From Candidatus Bathyarchaeia archaeon (GTDB lineage Archaea; Thermoproteota; Bathyarchaeia; Bathyarchaeales; Bathycorpusculaceae): DNA of 64,000 nucleotides. The notes under the pieces were generated by a model. It made no database searches and was not told where the DNA came from. It saw nothing but the letters and a program-made list of their open reading frames with translations. Shown here one piece after another: positions 19,750-29,274 of the stretch. Numbering within the stretch: position 1 is the stretch's first letter; the number at the start of each line of letters is the position of its first letter. The DNA is taken from positions 96,001-160,000 of the forward strand of contig JAVZNC010000002.1 of NCBI GenBank assembly GCA_038882955.1. The letters run 5' to 3'. The translations under genes were made by a program, and so were the position numbers.

Positions 19750-21012
19750 ATGTCAACAACAATTGAAGACGTAATAGCAAGAAAAGTTTTCAACAGCAGA
19801 GGAGAAGAAACCATAGAAGTCGACGTCATAACAACATCTGGCTTTGGAAGAGCCTCTGCTCCCGCTGGAAAAAGCCGTGGAAAAACTGAAGTTGCCTACT
19901 ACCCGCCAGGTGAGGTGGACGAAGCCGTAAGAAAAGTGGAGGAACTAATAGCCCCAGAACTTGTTGGGTTGAACGCCGACTTTCAAGAAGAAATTGACAA
20001 GACGCTCCACGAGATTGACGGCTCAAAGGATTTCCACGTAATCGGCGGAAACACAGCCTATGCAGTTTCACTCGCAAACGCCGAGGCAGCAGCCAACTCG
20101 CATGATGCACTTCTTTTTCAACATTTAGGCGGACAATTGGCGCATGTTCTTCCATACCCACTCGGCAATGTTATAAGCGGTGGAAAACACACCCACGGAA
20201 AGGCGCCAGAAATTCAAGAGTTTCTTGTTCTCCCTCACGGCGCAGAATCCTTCTTTGAGGCTGCATTGGCTAATGTTCAAGTTCACGAGAGAATTGGAGC
20301 AATTTTAAGCAGAAAAGACAAACTTTTTGGCGGAGGAAAAAGCGACGAGGGCGCATGGGTGGCAAACATCGGAAACGAGGAAGCTTTTGAAATACTTTCA
20401 AACGTGTGTGAAGAGGTTGGCAATGAGCTTGGTTTTGAATGTGGTTTCGGCGTTGACGTGGCAGCATCATCATTGTGGAGCGGAAAAGAAAAACGGTATG
20501 TTTACCAGAGGGAAGGCAAAAAGCGTGATTCCGGCGAACAATTGGAATTTATTCTTGAAATGATAAGGAAATATCACCTATTGTATGTTGAAGACCCCTT
20601 CGATGAAAAGGATTACAAAAGCTTTGCAGAACTCACGACAAAAGCCAAAAATTGTTTAATTTGTGGCGACGACCTATTCACCACAAACAATGAAAGGCTA
20701 AATCAAGGAATAACAATGAGGGCGGCAAACGCCATAATCATAAAGGTAAACCAAGTTGGCACGTTAACAGACGCTTTTGAAACAACAGAAACAGCGAAGA
20801 GGAATGGTTATACGCCAATAATTTCACATCGTTCAGGCGACACATGCGATTGGCACATCGCCCATTTGGCTGTTGCTTTCAGATGCCCAATAATAAAGAC
20901 GGGTGTAGTTGAGGGGGCGCGGATAGCGAAGATAAACGAGTTGATAAGAATAGAGGAGTTTCTTGGAGATAGAGCTAAAATGGCGGAAGTTCCAAACATT
21001 AAAGGAGGATAA
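19750..21012 (+). CDS. eno: enolase (phosphopyruvate hydratase)
   Basis: NSRG, GGKH, QEF, DEG, DVAAS, EDPF, GDDL, IKVNQVGTL and SHRSGDT. Confidence 0.92.
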   Translation: MSTTIEDVIARKVFNSRGEETIEVDVITTSGFGRASAPAGKSRGKTEVAYYPPGEVDEAVRKVEELIAPELVGLNADFQEEIDKTLHEIDGSKDFHVIGGNTAYAVSLANAEAAANSHDALLFQHLGGQLAHVLPYPLGNVISGGKHTHGKAPEIQEFLVLPHGAESFFEAALANVQVHERIGAILSRKDKLFGGGKSDEGAWVANIGNEEAFEILSNVCEEVGNELGFECGFGVDVAASSLWSGKEKRYVYQREGKKRDSGEQLEFILEMIRKYHLLYVEDPFDEKDYKSFAELTTKAKNCLICGDDLFTTNNERLNQGITMRAANAIIIKVNQVGTLTDAFETTETAKRNGYTPIISHRSGDTCDWHIAHLAVAFRCPIIKTGVVEGARIAKINELIRIEEFLGDRAKMAEVPNIKGG

Positions 21013-21015
21013 GAA

Positions 21016-21705
21016 TTGTCTAAAGATGATATTGAAAAGAAAAAGGAAACACTTGAAGGTGAAGCTGCAACTGCAGAAGCCCCAGCAGAAGAAGAGTTAC
21101 TCTTGCCGAGAGACACATTGCTTTCCGCGGGAATTCACATTGGAACAAGAATGAAAACAAAGGACATGGCACAATTCATATACCGCGTTAGACCAGATGG
21201 ACTATTCGTTTTAGACGTGAAGAAAACAGATGACCGCATAAGGACAGCGGCAAAATTTCTAGCAAGATTTGAACCACAAAAAATTGCAGCAGCTGCAGCA
21301 AGACTGTACGCGCAAGAACCAGCAAAGAAGTTCTGCGAAGTAACGGGGGCAACACCAGTAATTGGACGGTTCATTCCTGGGCTCCTATCAAATCCATTAT
21401 ACCCAAACAGAATCGAGCCAGACGTGATAATTGTTTCCGACCCAAGAGCTGATTCCCAAGCGGTTAAAGAGGCTGCCTTGACGGGAATACCAGTTATAGC
21501 CTTATGCAGCACAGACAACGATTTCTCAGGCGTAGACTTTGTTATTCCAACAAACAATAAGGGCAGAAGAGCATTGGCGGTTATCTACTGGCTTTTGGCA
21601 AGACAAATACTGCGTGAAAGGGGAGAACTGGCAGCAGATAAAGATTTAACGTTAACAATTGATGACTTTGAAGCGAAGATTTCAAAGGAAGAAGAGGAAG
21701 TTTAA
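21016..21705 (+). CDS. rps2: 30S ribosomal protein S2
   Basis: AGIHIGT, GRFIPG and IPTNNKG. Confidence 0.98.
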   Translation: MSKDDIEKKKETLEGEAATAEAPAEEELLLPRDTLLSAGIHIGTRMKTKDMAQFIYRVRPDGLFVLDVKKTDDRIRTAAKFLARFEPQKIAAAAARLYAQEPAKKFCEVTGATPVIGRFIPGLLSNPLYPNRIEPDVIIVSDPRADSQAVKEAALTGIPVIALCSTDNDFSGVDFVIPTNNKGRRALAVIYWLLARQILRERGELAADKDLTLTIDDFEAKISKEEEEV

Positions 21706-21709
21706 AGAA

Positions 21710-22561
21710 ATGATGAAGATTCGGCGTCCAACCCAAGCTGGAGCCTTCTATGAAGGAAGCGCCGAATCACTAAAAAGGCAAATAAGAGAATGTTTTCTAA
21801 GCGAACTTGGCCCCAGAAAAGTTCCAGAAGTAAGAGCAGACGGCCCTAGAAAAGTTGTTGGTTTGGTTTGTCCCCACGCGGGTTACATGTTTTCTGGTCC
21901 GGTTGCTGCTCACGCTTATTACGAGTTGGCTTTTGATGGAAAGCCAGATGTTGCGGTTATTTTTGGGCCGAACCATACGGGTTATGGAAGCCCTTTGGCT
22001 GTTATGAATGAGGGTGCCTGGCGGACACCGCTTGGCGATTTAGAGGTTGACAGCGAAACTGCGAACCAGATTTTACATGAAGCACGCATAATTGATATTG
22101 ACGAGTCAGCCCATAAATATGAACATTCAATAGAGGTTCAGCTCCCGTTTCTCCAGTTTCTTTACGGCTCAAACATTAGGATTGTGCCAATCTGCTTCTT
22201 AATGCAAGATGTAACCTCGGCAAGCGAGATAGGCGAAGCCGTAGCAAAAGTTTTAGCTGAAAAAAACGCCGTCGTAATCGCATCTTCGGACATGACGCAT
22301 TACGAGCCGCATGAAATTGCAAAAGAAAAGGATTTATTGGCTCTAAAGGCTGTTGAGGAAATGAACGCGGAAAAGTTTTACTCGATAATCGAGGCAAAGC
22401 GCATAAGCGCTTGTGGGTATGGACCAATAATCGCTTTGATTACGGCGGCAAAGCGTATGGGCGCGAAAGAGGCAAAATTATTATGCTACAAGTCTAGTGG
22501 AGATGTTATTGGCGACTACTCAAGTGTTGTCGGGTATGCCGCCGTATGTTTCAAGAAATAG
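21710..22561 (+). CDS. MEMO1 family (AmmeMemoRadiSam protein B)
   Basis: PHAGY.FSG, GPNH, EHSIEVQLPFLQ, SSDMTHY, CGYGP and VVGYA. Confidence 0.93.
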   Translation: MMKIRRPTQAGAFYEGSAESLKRQIRECFLSELGPRKVPEVRADGPRKVVGLVCPHAGYMFSGPVAAHAYYELAFDGKPDVAVIFGPNHTGYGSPLAVMNEGAWRTPLGDLEVDSETANQILHEARIIDIDESAHKYEHSIEVQLPFLQFLYGSNIRIVPICFLMQDVTSASEIGEAVAKVLAEKNAVVIASSDMTHYEPHEIAKEKDLLALKAVEEMNAEKFYSIIEAKRISACGYGPIIALITAAKRMGAKEAKLLCYKSSGDVIGDYSSVVGYAAVCFKK

Positions 22562-22570
22562 TGGTTAAGC

Positions 22571-23554
22571 ATGGGGGTAACCGCCTCAGCACCAGCCAAA
22601 ATAATACTTTTTGGAGAGCACTTCGTCGTTTATGGCGAACCAGCCATCGTCCTAGCCATAGACAAAAGAGCCTATGCAAAAGCGGAAAAACGACAAGACA
22701 AACGCTTGAACCTGCGTTCATTAAACCTAAACCTTTCTGGTTATTATGAAAACGGAAACTTCAGGGTTGAACATGGTGATGCGAAAGAAGCCCGTTTAAA
22801 GTTTGAACCAATAAAACGGGCAGTTGAAAAAGTCTTGGAAAAATGTAGCGAAAAAGTTGGACTTGACATAGAAATAAACTCGACTGTTCCAGTAGCCGCT
22901 GGTTTAGGGTCTTCAGCAGCAGTAGTAGCAGCAGTCACAGCTGCAGTAAGTGCCCTGCTAAACGTGAAAATGTCGAAGGATGAGGTTTTCCGCATAACCT
23001 ACGACGCTGAAAAGATAGTTCATGGAACACCGTCTGGAATAGACCCGGCAATATCCACATTCGGCGGAACTCTGCTCTTTCAAATGGACACTGGATTCAA
23101 GCCACTAAACGTCAAAACTGATATTCCACTTGTCATAGGCGATACCGGAGTGATAAGGTCAACACGCGTCCAAGTCGAAAAGGTTCGAGGAATCAAGGAG
23201 AAATATCCACAAGTGATAGAGCCAATCATGTTTTCAGCCCGCGAAATAGTCTTGAGAGCACTAGAAGCATTGAACGAAGGCGACTTGGAGACAATAGGTG
23301 AATTAATGAACATAAATCACGCGTTGCTCTGCAGCATAGGAGTTTCAGATGAATCGCTTGAATGGCTTATAAATGCCGCTAGGAAAGCTGGAGCCTTAGG
23401 CGCAAAGTTAACCGGTGCTGGAGGCGGCGGATGCATGATAGCCTTATCCAAAAATGAAAAGCTTGAGCAGATTATGGAGGCAATCCAAAGGGCTGGTGGC
23501 AAACCCTTCGCGGCGAGAAAAACAGATGAGGGCGTGAGAATTGAGCCAACCTAA
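22571..23554 (+). CDS. mvk: mevalonate kinase
   Basis: KIILFGEHFVVYG, PVAAGLGSSAA, HGTPSGID and KLTGAGGGG. Confidence 0.96.
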   Translation: MGVTASAPAKIILFGEHFVVYGEPAIVLAIDKRAYAKAEKRQDKRLNLRSLNLNLSGYYENGNFRVEHGDAKEARLKFEPIKRAVEKVLEKCSEKVGLDIEINSTVPVAAGLGSSAAVVAAVTAAVSALLNVKMSKDEVFRITYDAEKIVHGTPSGIDPAISTFGGTLLFQMDTGFKPLNVKTDIPLVIGDTGVIRSTRVQVEKVRGIKEKYPQVIEPIMFSAREIVLRALEALNEGDLETIGELMNINHALLCSIGVSDESLEWLINAARKAGALGAKLTGAGGGGCMIALSKNEKLEQIMEAIQRAGGKPFAARKTDEGVRIEPT

Positions 23555-24341
23555 GCCAACCATTCTAAAAATTGGCGGTTCAGTAATCACAAACAAGAAT
23601 GAAGAGCTCACGCCTAAAACCCAGGAGATGAATAGGATAGCACAAGAAATAAGGAAGGCGGAAATCCAGAACCTCGTAATAGTTCATGGAGGAGGAAGCT
23701 TCGGACACCCAATAGCCCAAAAGTACGCAATAAAAGAGGGACTAAAAGAGAACAGTCAACTTTTGGGTTTCGCGGAAACACACCACATGATGACTGTTCT
23801 CAACGGGCTGTTCATGGACACGCTTATTATGCAGTCTCTCCCAGCCGTTAGCATAACGCCATCCTCATGCATAATAACCGAGAACGGAAGAATAAAATGC
23901 TTTGAAGACACCGCTATAAAAATCATGTTGAAGATGGGTTTTTTGCCAGTGCTCTATGGGGATGCAGTGCTAGACACAAAATTGGGATTTACAATACTAT
24001 CTGGCGACCAGATTGTTTCACAAGCCGCCATAAGGTTAAACGCAGGACAAATCATTATGGGTGTTGACGTTGACGGCTTGTACAATGCAGACCCAAAAAT
24101 CGAAAAAAACGCAAAAATGTTCACGAGTCTTACGCTTGAAGAGCTTAAAAAGCTTCATGGAAAACTTGGAAAATCAAATGCTTGCGATGTTACTGGCGGG
24201 ATGTTCGGCAAAATAGCAGAATTAATACCAGCTCTAGAGCAGGGAATTCCAGTGAAAATTGTGAATGCTTCAAAGCCAAATTATATTTACAAGCTTTTGA
24301 AAGGAGAAACTGTGGAAGGCACCTTCATAAAGAAGGAATAA
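23541..24341 (+). CDS. ipk: isopentenyl phosphate kinase
   Basis: LKIGGSVIT, HGGGSFGH, SGD and DVTGGM..K, within the MVA gene cluster. Confidence 0.94.
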   Translation: MSQPKPTILKIGGSVITNKNEELTPKTQEMNRIAQEIRKAEIQNLVIVHGGGSFGHPIAQKYAIKEGLKENSQLLGFAETHHMMTVLNGLFMDTLIMQSLPAVSITPSSCIITENGRIKCFEDTAIKIMLKMGFLPVLYGDAVLDTKLGFTILSGDQIVSQAAIRLNAGQIIMGVDVDGLYNADPKIEKNAKMFTSLTLEELKKLHGKLGKSNACDVTGGMFGKIAELIPALEQGIPVKIVNASKPNYIYKLLKGETVEGTFIKKE

Positions 24342-24343
24342 AA

Positions 24344-25456
24344 TTGGCTAAAGAAACAATAAAAAGGAAGACAGAACACATCAAAATCTCCTTAAACATG
24401 GACACACAAGCAAAGGGAATTACAACCGGCTTTGAAGACATACATCTAATCCACAGAGCTTTGCCGCAAGTAAACAAAGAAAAAGTAAACCTAGAAACAA
24501 GAGTTTTCAACCATAAATTCGCGGCTCCAATAATTGTAGGCGCACTAACAGGCGGAACACAAGAAGCAACAAAGATTAACGCCACAATAGCCGCGGCGGT
24601 CGAAGAATTAGGTTTAGGAATGGGTGTTGGAAGCCAACGCGCAGCAATAGAAGACAAAAGATTCGAAGAAACGTTTAGAATAACGAGGAAGAAGGCGCCA
24701 ACAGCCTTCCTGATAGCGAACATTGGCGGAGTTCAACTTGTTCACGGATACGGAGTGAAAGAAGCCAAAAAAGCCATAGAAATGATTGACGCTGACGCCA
24801 TAGCCATACACCTAAACCCACTGCAAGAAGCGATACAGCCAGAAGGGCAAACAAATTTTGAAGGGGTACTAGAGAAAATACGCCAAATAGCCGATGAGTT
24901 AGATAAACCAGTAATAGCAAAGGAAACAGGCGCAGGAATATCCGCCGAGGACGCAAAAAAACTTGAGAACACAGGCGTTAAGGGCATAGACGTAAGCGGG
25001 GCAGGAGGCACAAGTTTCGCGGCTATTGAGTATTACCGCGCAAAAAAGCGACAAGGAGGTTTCCAACGAGAACTTGGACAAGTTTTCTGGGACTGGGGAA
25101 TACCAACAGCAACAAGCATAGTTGAAGTTTCACAAACAGTGAAAATTCCAGTAATTGCCTCTGGCGGAATACGCGACGGAACAGAAATCGCCAAGGCTTT
25201 AGCCCTGGGCGCAAGTCTAACAAGCCTATCACAACCAATACTTAAAGAGGCAGTTAAAGGCGTAAAAGAAACAAAGGACGCGCTATTAACGCTTATAGAA
25301 GAATTAAAGACCACAATGTTTCTTGTCGGCTCCATATCAGTACAAAATTTGACGGAAAAACCCGTTATTATAACTGGTAGAACAGCGGAATGGCTCAAGC
25401 TTAGGGGATTCAACATTGAAAGTTACGCGAGGAGAGGGATAAATGAGCGAGATTGA
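24344..25456 (+). CDS. fni: type 2 isopentenyl-diphosphate delta-isomerase
   Basis: RKTEH, TGG, GVGSQR, HLNPLQE, KETGAG, GAGGTS and SGGIR. TTG start after AAGGA. Confidence 0.97.
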   Translation: MAKETIKRKTEHIKISLNMDTQAKGITTGFEDIHLIHRALPQVNKEKVNLETRVFNHKFAAPIIVGALTGGTQEATKINATIAAAVEELGLGMGVGSQRAAIEDKRFEETFRITRKKAPTAFLIANIGGVQLVHGYGVKEAKKAIEMIDADAIAIHLNPLQEAIQPEGQTNFEGVLEKIRQIADELDKPVIAKETGAGISAEDAKKLENTGVKGIDVSGAGGTSFAAIEYYRAKKRQGGFQRELGQVFWDWGIPTATSIVEVSQTVKIPVIASGGIRDGTEIAKALALGASLTSLSQPILKEAVKGVKETKDALLTLIEELKTTMFLVGSISVQNLTEKPVIITGRTAEWLKLRGFNIESYARRGINERD

Positions 25457-26516
25457 AAAGTTTCTTGAAGACAAAGCCGCCATGATAAATAAAGTAATTG
25501 AAAAATACATACCAAAAAAATTTTCGCATAAAAACATACTTTTCAAAGTTAACCCGCCTAGGTACGCGTACAACCTAGACGCGTTAAATAAGGCAATCGC
25601 CGAGCCAATATGGGAGTTTCTTGACAGAGGCGGGAAAAGGTGGCGTCCAGCACTTTTTCTACTTATATGTGAGGCTTTAGGAAAAAGACCAGAAGAGTTC
25701 GCTGATTTCGCCATAATCCCAGAAGTGATTCACAATGGAACACTGATAATCGATGATATAGAGGATGCTTCTGAAATGAGAAGGGGAAAACCATGCACAT
25801 ACAGGGTTTACGGTTTAGACATAGCAATAAATGCTGGAAATGCCATGTATTACCTGCCTCTTCTTTCACTAATAACGAACACAGAGAAAATCTCAAAGGA
25901 GAAATTGAGCGCGGTTTACGAGATTTACGTGAAGGAGATGATTAACCTAAGTCTCGGGCAAGCTATGGACATAGCGTGGCACAGAGGCTTAGCAAACGCT
26001 GATCAAATAGGCGAAGAAGACTATTTGCAGATGTGCGCCTACAAGACTGGAACATTGGCAAGAATGAGCGCAAAAATTGCCGCCGTATTAGCTGACGCGA
26101 GGCAAGAGTTAACGGAAAAGCTTGGACGTTTCGCAGAAAGCATAGGCGTAGCCTTTCAAATGCAAGACGACATTTTAGACTTGACTGGCGAAGAGTTTGC
26201 AGAAAAGAAAGGCGGAATGGGCCAAGACATAACCGAGGGGAAAAGAACGCTTATGGTTATTCACACTTTAAAAGTGGCAAATGCAAAAGATAGGCGTAGG
26301 CTTATTGAAATTTTAAACATGCACACAACAAACCAAAAGTTAAGGGACGAAGCCATAAAAATCATGGAAAAATACGGCTCACTAGACTACGTTAAGAATT
26401 TCGCAAGAAAAATTGTTGAAGAAAGCTGGAGAGACGTTGAAAAGCTCCTGCCAGAATCAGAAGCAAAGAAAAAGCTGAACGTCTTTGCAAAATTCTTAAT
26501 TGAAAGGAAAATCTAA
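25443..26516 (+). CDS. geranylgeranyl diphosphate synthase (polyprenyl synthetase)
   Basis: GGKRWRP, DDIED..RRG, GQAMD, KTG and FQMQDDILD. Confidence 0.93.
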   Translation: MSEIEKFLEDKAAMINKVIEKYIPKKFSHKNILFKVNPPRYAYNLDALNKAIAEPIWEFLDRGGKRWRPALFLLICEALGKRPEEFADFAIIPEVIHNGTLIIDDIEDASEMRRGKPCTYRVYGLDIAINAGNAMYYLPLLSLITNTEKISKEKLSAVYEIYVKEMINLSLGQAMDIAWHRGLANADQIGEEDYLQMCAYKTGTLARMSAKIAAVLADARQELTEKLGRFAESIGVAFQMQDDILDLTGEEFAEKKGGMGQDITEGKRTLMVIHTLKVANAKDRRRLIEILNMHTTNQKLRDEAIKIMEKYGSLDYVKNFARKIVEESWRDVEKLLPESEAKKKLNVFAKFLIERKI

Positions 26517-26537
26517 ACGGTAAAGAGCGTAAAAACC

Positions 26538-28292
26538 TTGACCTTAAAAGAAGACGTTGCACTTAGGGAAAACATTCGAAAAACTGCGTTACTAAACGCC
26601 ATCAAACACGATGGCAAAGCACAAGCTGGCCCAGTTATTGGAAAAATTCTCGGAGAAAAACCAGAACTGAAAGCAAAAGTTAAGGAATTGTCAGTCCTAG
26701 TTAACGAGGTTGTCCAAGAAGTTAACAACTTATCACTCGCAGAACAGCAGCATGTAGTGGAAGAAAATTGGCCGGAGGCACTCGCAAAAGAAAGGATTGA
26801 AGAAGAAAAGCGTTTACCACCGCTACCAAACGCTGAAAAATATGCGCAAATTGTCACGCGTTTCTCGCCGAATCCAGACTGCGTCTTGCACTTGGGCTCG
26901 GCTAGGGCAATAATACTGTGCCACGATTATGCGCGGATGTACAAGGGCGAGTTCATACTGCGTTTTGAGGATACTGACCCAAAAATTAAGAGGCCAGTTC
27001 CAGCCTTCTACGACCGCATAAGAGAAGACCTAGTATGGCTTGGGTGCAAACCAGACGAGGAATACATTCAAAGCGACAGAATAGAAATCTACTATGAGTA
27101 TGCGGAAAAACTGCTGAAGGAAGGAAACGCGTACATTTGTACATGCCAACCGGAAAATTTCAGAAAACAAATATTGGCAGGTAAACCATGTGGCTGCCGC
27201 AACCTACCAGTGGAAGAGCAGCTTGAAAGATGGCAGAAAATGCTTAACGGCGAATACATGGAAGGCGAAGCCGTTTACCGCGTGAAAACCGACTTAAACC
27301 ATCCAAACCCAGCGGTTCGTGACTGGCCAGCCCTCCGCGTAATAGACGCTGAAAGGTATCCGCACCCAAGAGTCGGAAGCAAATATCATGTTTGGCCGCT
27401 CTACAATTTTGCATGCGGCATAGACGACCATCTTATGGGTGTAACCCACATAATCCGCGGAAAAGAGCATTTGACAAACATGGTTCGCCAAGAATACATG
27501 TATAAGTATTTTGGGTGGACGTACCCAGAAGCGATACATTATGGAAGACTCAAAATTACTGGTGCATCGCTTAGCAAGTCCAGAATAGTCCAAGGGATAA
27601 GGGAAGGCATATACAAGGATTGGGACGACCCGAGACTTGCAACTTTCGCGGCTTTAAGAAGGCGCGGGATAACGCCAGAAGCAATAAGAAAAATGATAAT
27701 TGATGTTGGACCTAAAACTTCCGATGTCATCTTGAGCTGGGAAAACCTATACGCGTATAACCGCAAAATCATAGACCCAGAGGCAAACAGATACTTTTTT
27801 GTGCATAACCCAATCGAATTAACCGTCAAGAATATTCCAAAAGTGTTTGTTGCGAGGCTTCACTTGCACCCAGAAAAGCCAGAAAAGGGCTTCAGAGAGT
27901 ACACAATAAAGCCTTGTGGAAACGAAAACTCGGCGAAACTCTGGATATCAAAGAAGGATTTGGAAAACCTTAGCACCACAAACGTAATTCGCCTCATGGA
28001 ACTCTTTAACATCAAAATTGAAAGCGTAAACGCGTATTCAGCCCAAGCATCTTTCGTAAGTGAACCCTATGAAGAAGCTAGAAAAGCAAAGGCGCAGCTA
28101 ATCCACTGGGTTCCAGTTGGCGATGACATGCCATGCCAAGTTGTTATGCCAGACGCAACAACAGCCGAAGGAATAGCGGAAGGTGTTTGCAAAACCCTAA
28201 AAACAGGCGAGATTGTGCAGTTTGAGAGGTTCGGCTTCACAAGAATAGACAAAGTTAATGCAAAATTGACAGCATATTACGCACATAAATAG
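26538..28292 (+). CDS. gltX: glutamate--tRNA ligase (archaeal type)
   Basis: RFSPNP, HLGS (HIGH), LRFEDTDP, LSKS and QFERFGF. Confidence 0.97.
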   Translation: MTLKEDVALRENIRKTALLNAIKHDGKAQAGPVIGKILGEKPELKAKVKELSVLVNEVVQEVNNLSLAEQQHVVEENWPEALAKERIEEEKRLPPLPNAEKYAQIVTRFSPNPDCVLHLGSARAIILCHDYARMYKGEFILRFEDTDPKIKRPVPAFYDRIREDLVWLGCKPDEEYIQSDRIEIYYEYAEKLLKEGNAYICTCQPENFRKQILAGKPCGCRNLPVEEQLERWQKMLNGEYMEGEAVYRVKTDLNHPNPAVRDWPALRVIDAERYPHPRVGSKYHVWPLYNFACGIDDHLMGVTHIIRGKEHLTNMVRQEYMYKYFGWTYPEAIHYGRLKITGASLSKSRIVQGIREGIYKDWDDPRLATFAALRRRGITPEAIRKMIIDVGPKTSDVILSWENLYAYNRKIIDPEANRYFFVHNPIELTVKNIPKVFVARLHLHPEKPEKGFREYTIKPCGNENSAKLWISKKDLENLSTTNVIRLMELFNIKIESVNAYSAQASFVSEPYEEARKAKAQLIHWVPVGDDMPCQVVMPDATTAEGIAEGVCKTLKTGEIVQFERFGFTRIDKVNAKLTAYYAHK

Positions 28293-28308
28293 CGTTGGGT
28301 GAAAAGAT

Positions 28309-28611
28309 ATGCGCAAACAGGAAAAATTCATAATATGGCCACTGTACTTTGACGCTTCAAAAGCGAGAAATGAGGGTAGAAGAGTCCCGAAAAGCTTGGC
28401 GGTAGCTTCTCCAAAAATTTCTGAACTAAAAGACGCGGCAGAAAAAGCTGGATTAAAATGTGAGATCGTCGTGGATGCAAGCCACCCGAAAATGCCATGG
28501 CTAAAAACGGGAATGCTCCTTATCGAAAAGAATGAAGCGCCCAAGGGAGAAGCCATAAAGAAAATTGCAAAACAACTACTCAAAATCAGAGACGCTACGA
28601 CCTCACATTAA
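28309..28611 (+). CDS. srp19: signal recognition particle protein SRP19
   Basis: IWPLYFDA..R.EGRRVP...HPKMPW. Confidence 0.95.
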   Translation: MRKQEKFIIWPLYFDASKARNEGRRVPKSLAVASPKISELKDAAEKAGLKCEIVVDASHPKMPWLKTGMLLIEKNEAPKGEAIKKIAKQLLKIRDATTSH

Positions 28612-28619
28612 AAGCTTCT

Positions 28620-28789
28620 AATACAACCATTTTCTGCATAAACTTAGAGAAGGCGCTGTTCCAAAACACAGATAATGAATTCCATGTAAAAGTTGTTCAG
28701 AGTCTAGACGAAGCTTGTAAACTTCTTGAAGCTGCTTTGGATACATAACAGACATGAACAGAGCCAAACTTTTAAGAAAACGTAAGCAG
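28620..28789 (+). pseudogene. decayed C-terminal fragment of a tyrosine recombinase/integrase
   Basis: Reads NTTIFCINLEKALFQNTDNEFHVKVVQSLDEACKLLEA, a frameshift at ~28734, then FGYITDMNRAKLLRKRK. This resembles, from recall, the KLLE.GFEY.TD....LFRKRK tail of Bathyarchaeia-type integrases. No start codon. Confidence 0.7.
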
Positions 28790-28805
28790 TCTTTTATGCT
28801 CACGG

Positions 28806-29093
28806 TTAGTCTTTTATGGCTTCTAGAAGACTCATGACGTTCCAAAGTTTCACTCTTGTGTAGGGAGGCATGTTTGGGTCTTGCAAAATTTCATCTATAA
28901 TTGATATGACATTTGAAGCTCTAACGGCAGGCGAGTATTCGGTTGTCTGCAAGGCGTTCATAGAGTCTTTCGCGGCTCTTCTAATGTTTCTTGGGGTTGT
29001 GTTGTCTTCTGAAACTTCTCCGAGAACAGCCAACGCTTGTTTAATTCTTTCTTCGTATTCTTCCAACTTTTTCTTCCGAACCAAAGCTGCCAC
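28806..29093 (-). CDS. UPF0147 family protein
   Basis: D.TTPRNIRRAA...DPNMP.YTR..W pattern. Confidence 0.9.
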   Translation of the reverse strand: MAALVRKKKLEEYEERIKQALAVLGEVSEDNTTPRNIRRAAKDSMNALQTTEYSPAVRASNVISIIDEILQDPNMPPYTRVKLWNVMSLLEAIKD

Positions 29094-29150
29094 CTTCTAA
29101 ACCCTAGAGTAATCAAGCTATTAATAAATTATACATTTCGGCTTATTAGA

Positions 29151-29237
29151 TTACCTTCTCTTGATTGTGTATGCGGCGAGCCATATTGTTAGGGCGATTA
29201 GTAGGATTAGGATTATTGGATTGCCAGTTCTTGCATG
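29151..29237 (-). pseudogene. orphan C-terminal membrane-anchor remnant
   Basis: Startless frame HARTGNPIILILLIALTIWLAAYTIKRR* forms a TM helix plus basic tail and is preceded by in-frame stops. Confidence 0.35.
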
Positions 29238-29274
29238 TTATCAACTAAGCAAAACATGGAAGCTAAAAACAAAA

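Noticed and set aside
19750-21012. Enolase as an inactive pseudo-enzyme (PAGKSRG in place of PSGASTG)
   Set aside because: The loop Ser, catalytic Lys/Glu/His and metal-binding Asp/Glu all appear retained.
28618-28845. 75-aa minus-strand ORF
   Set aside because: Antisense to the integrase remnant and overlaps the UPF0147 gene in another frame.
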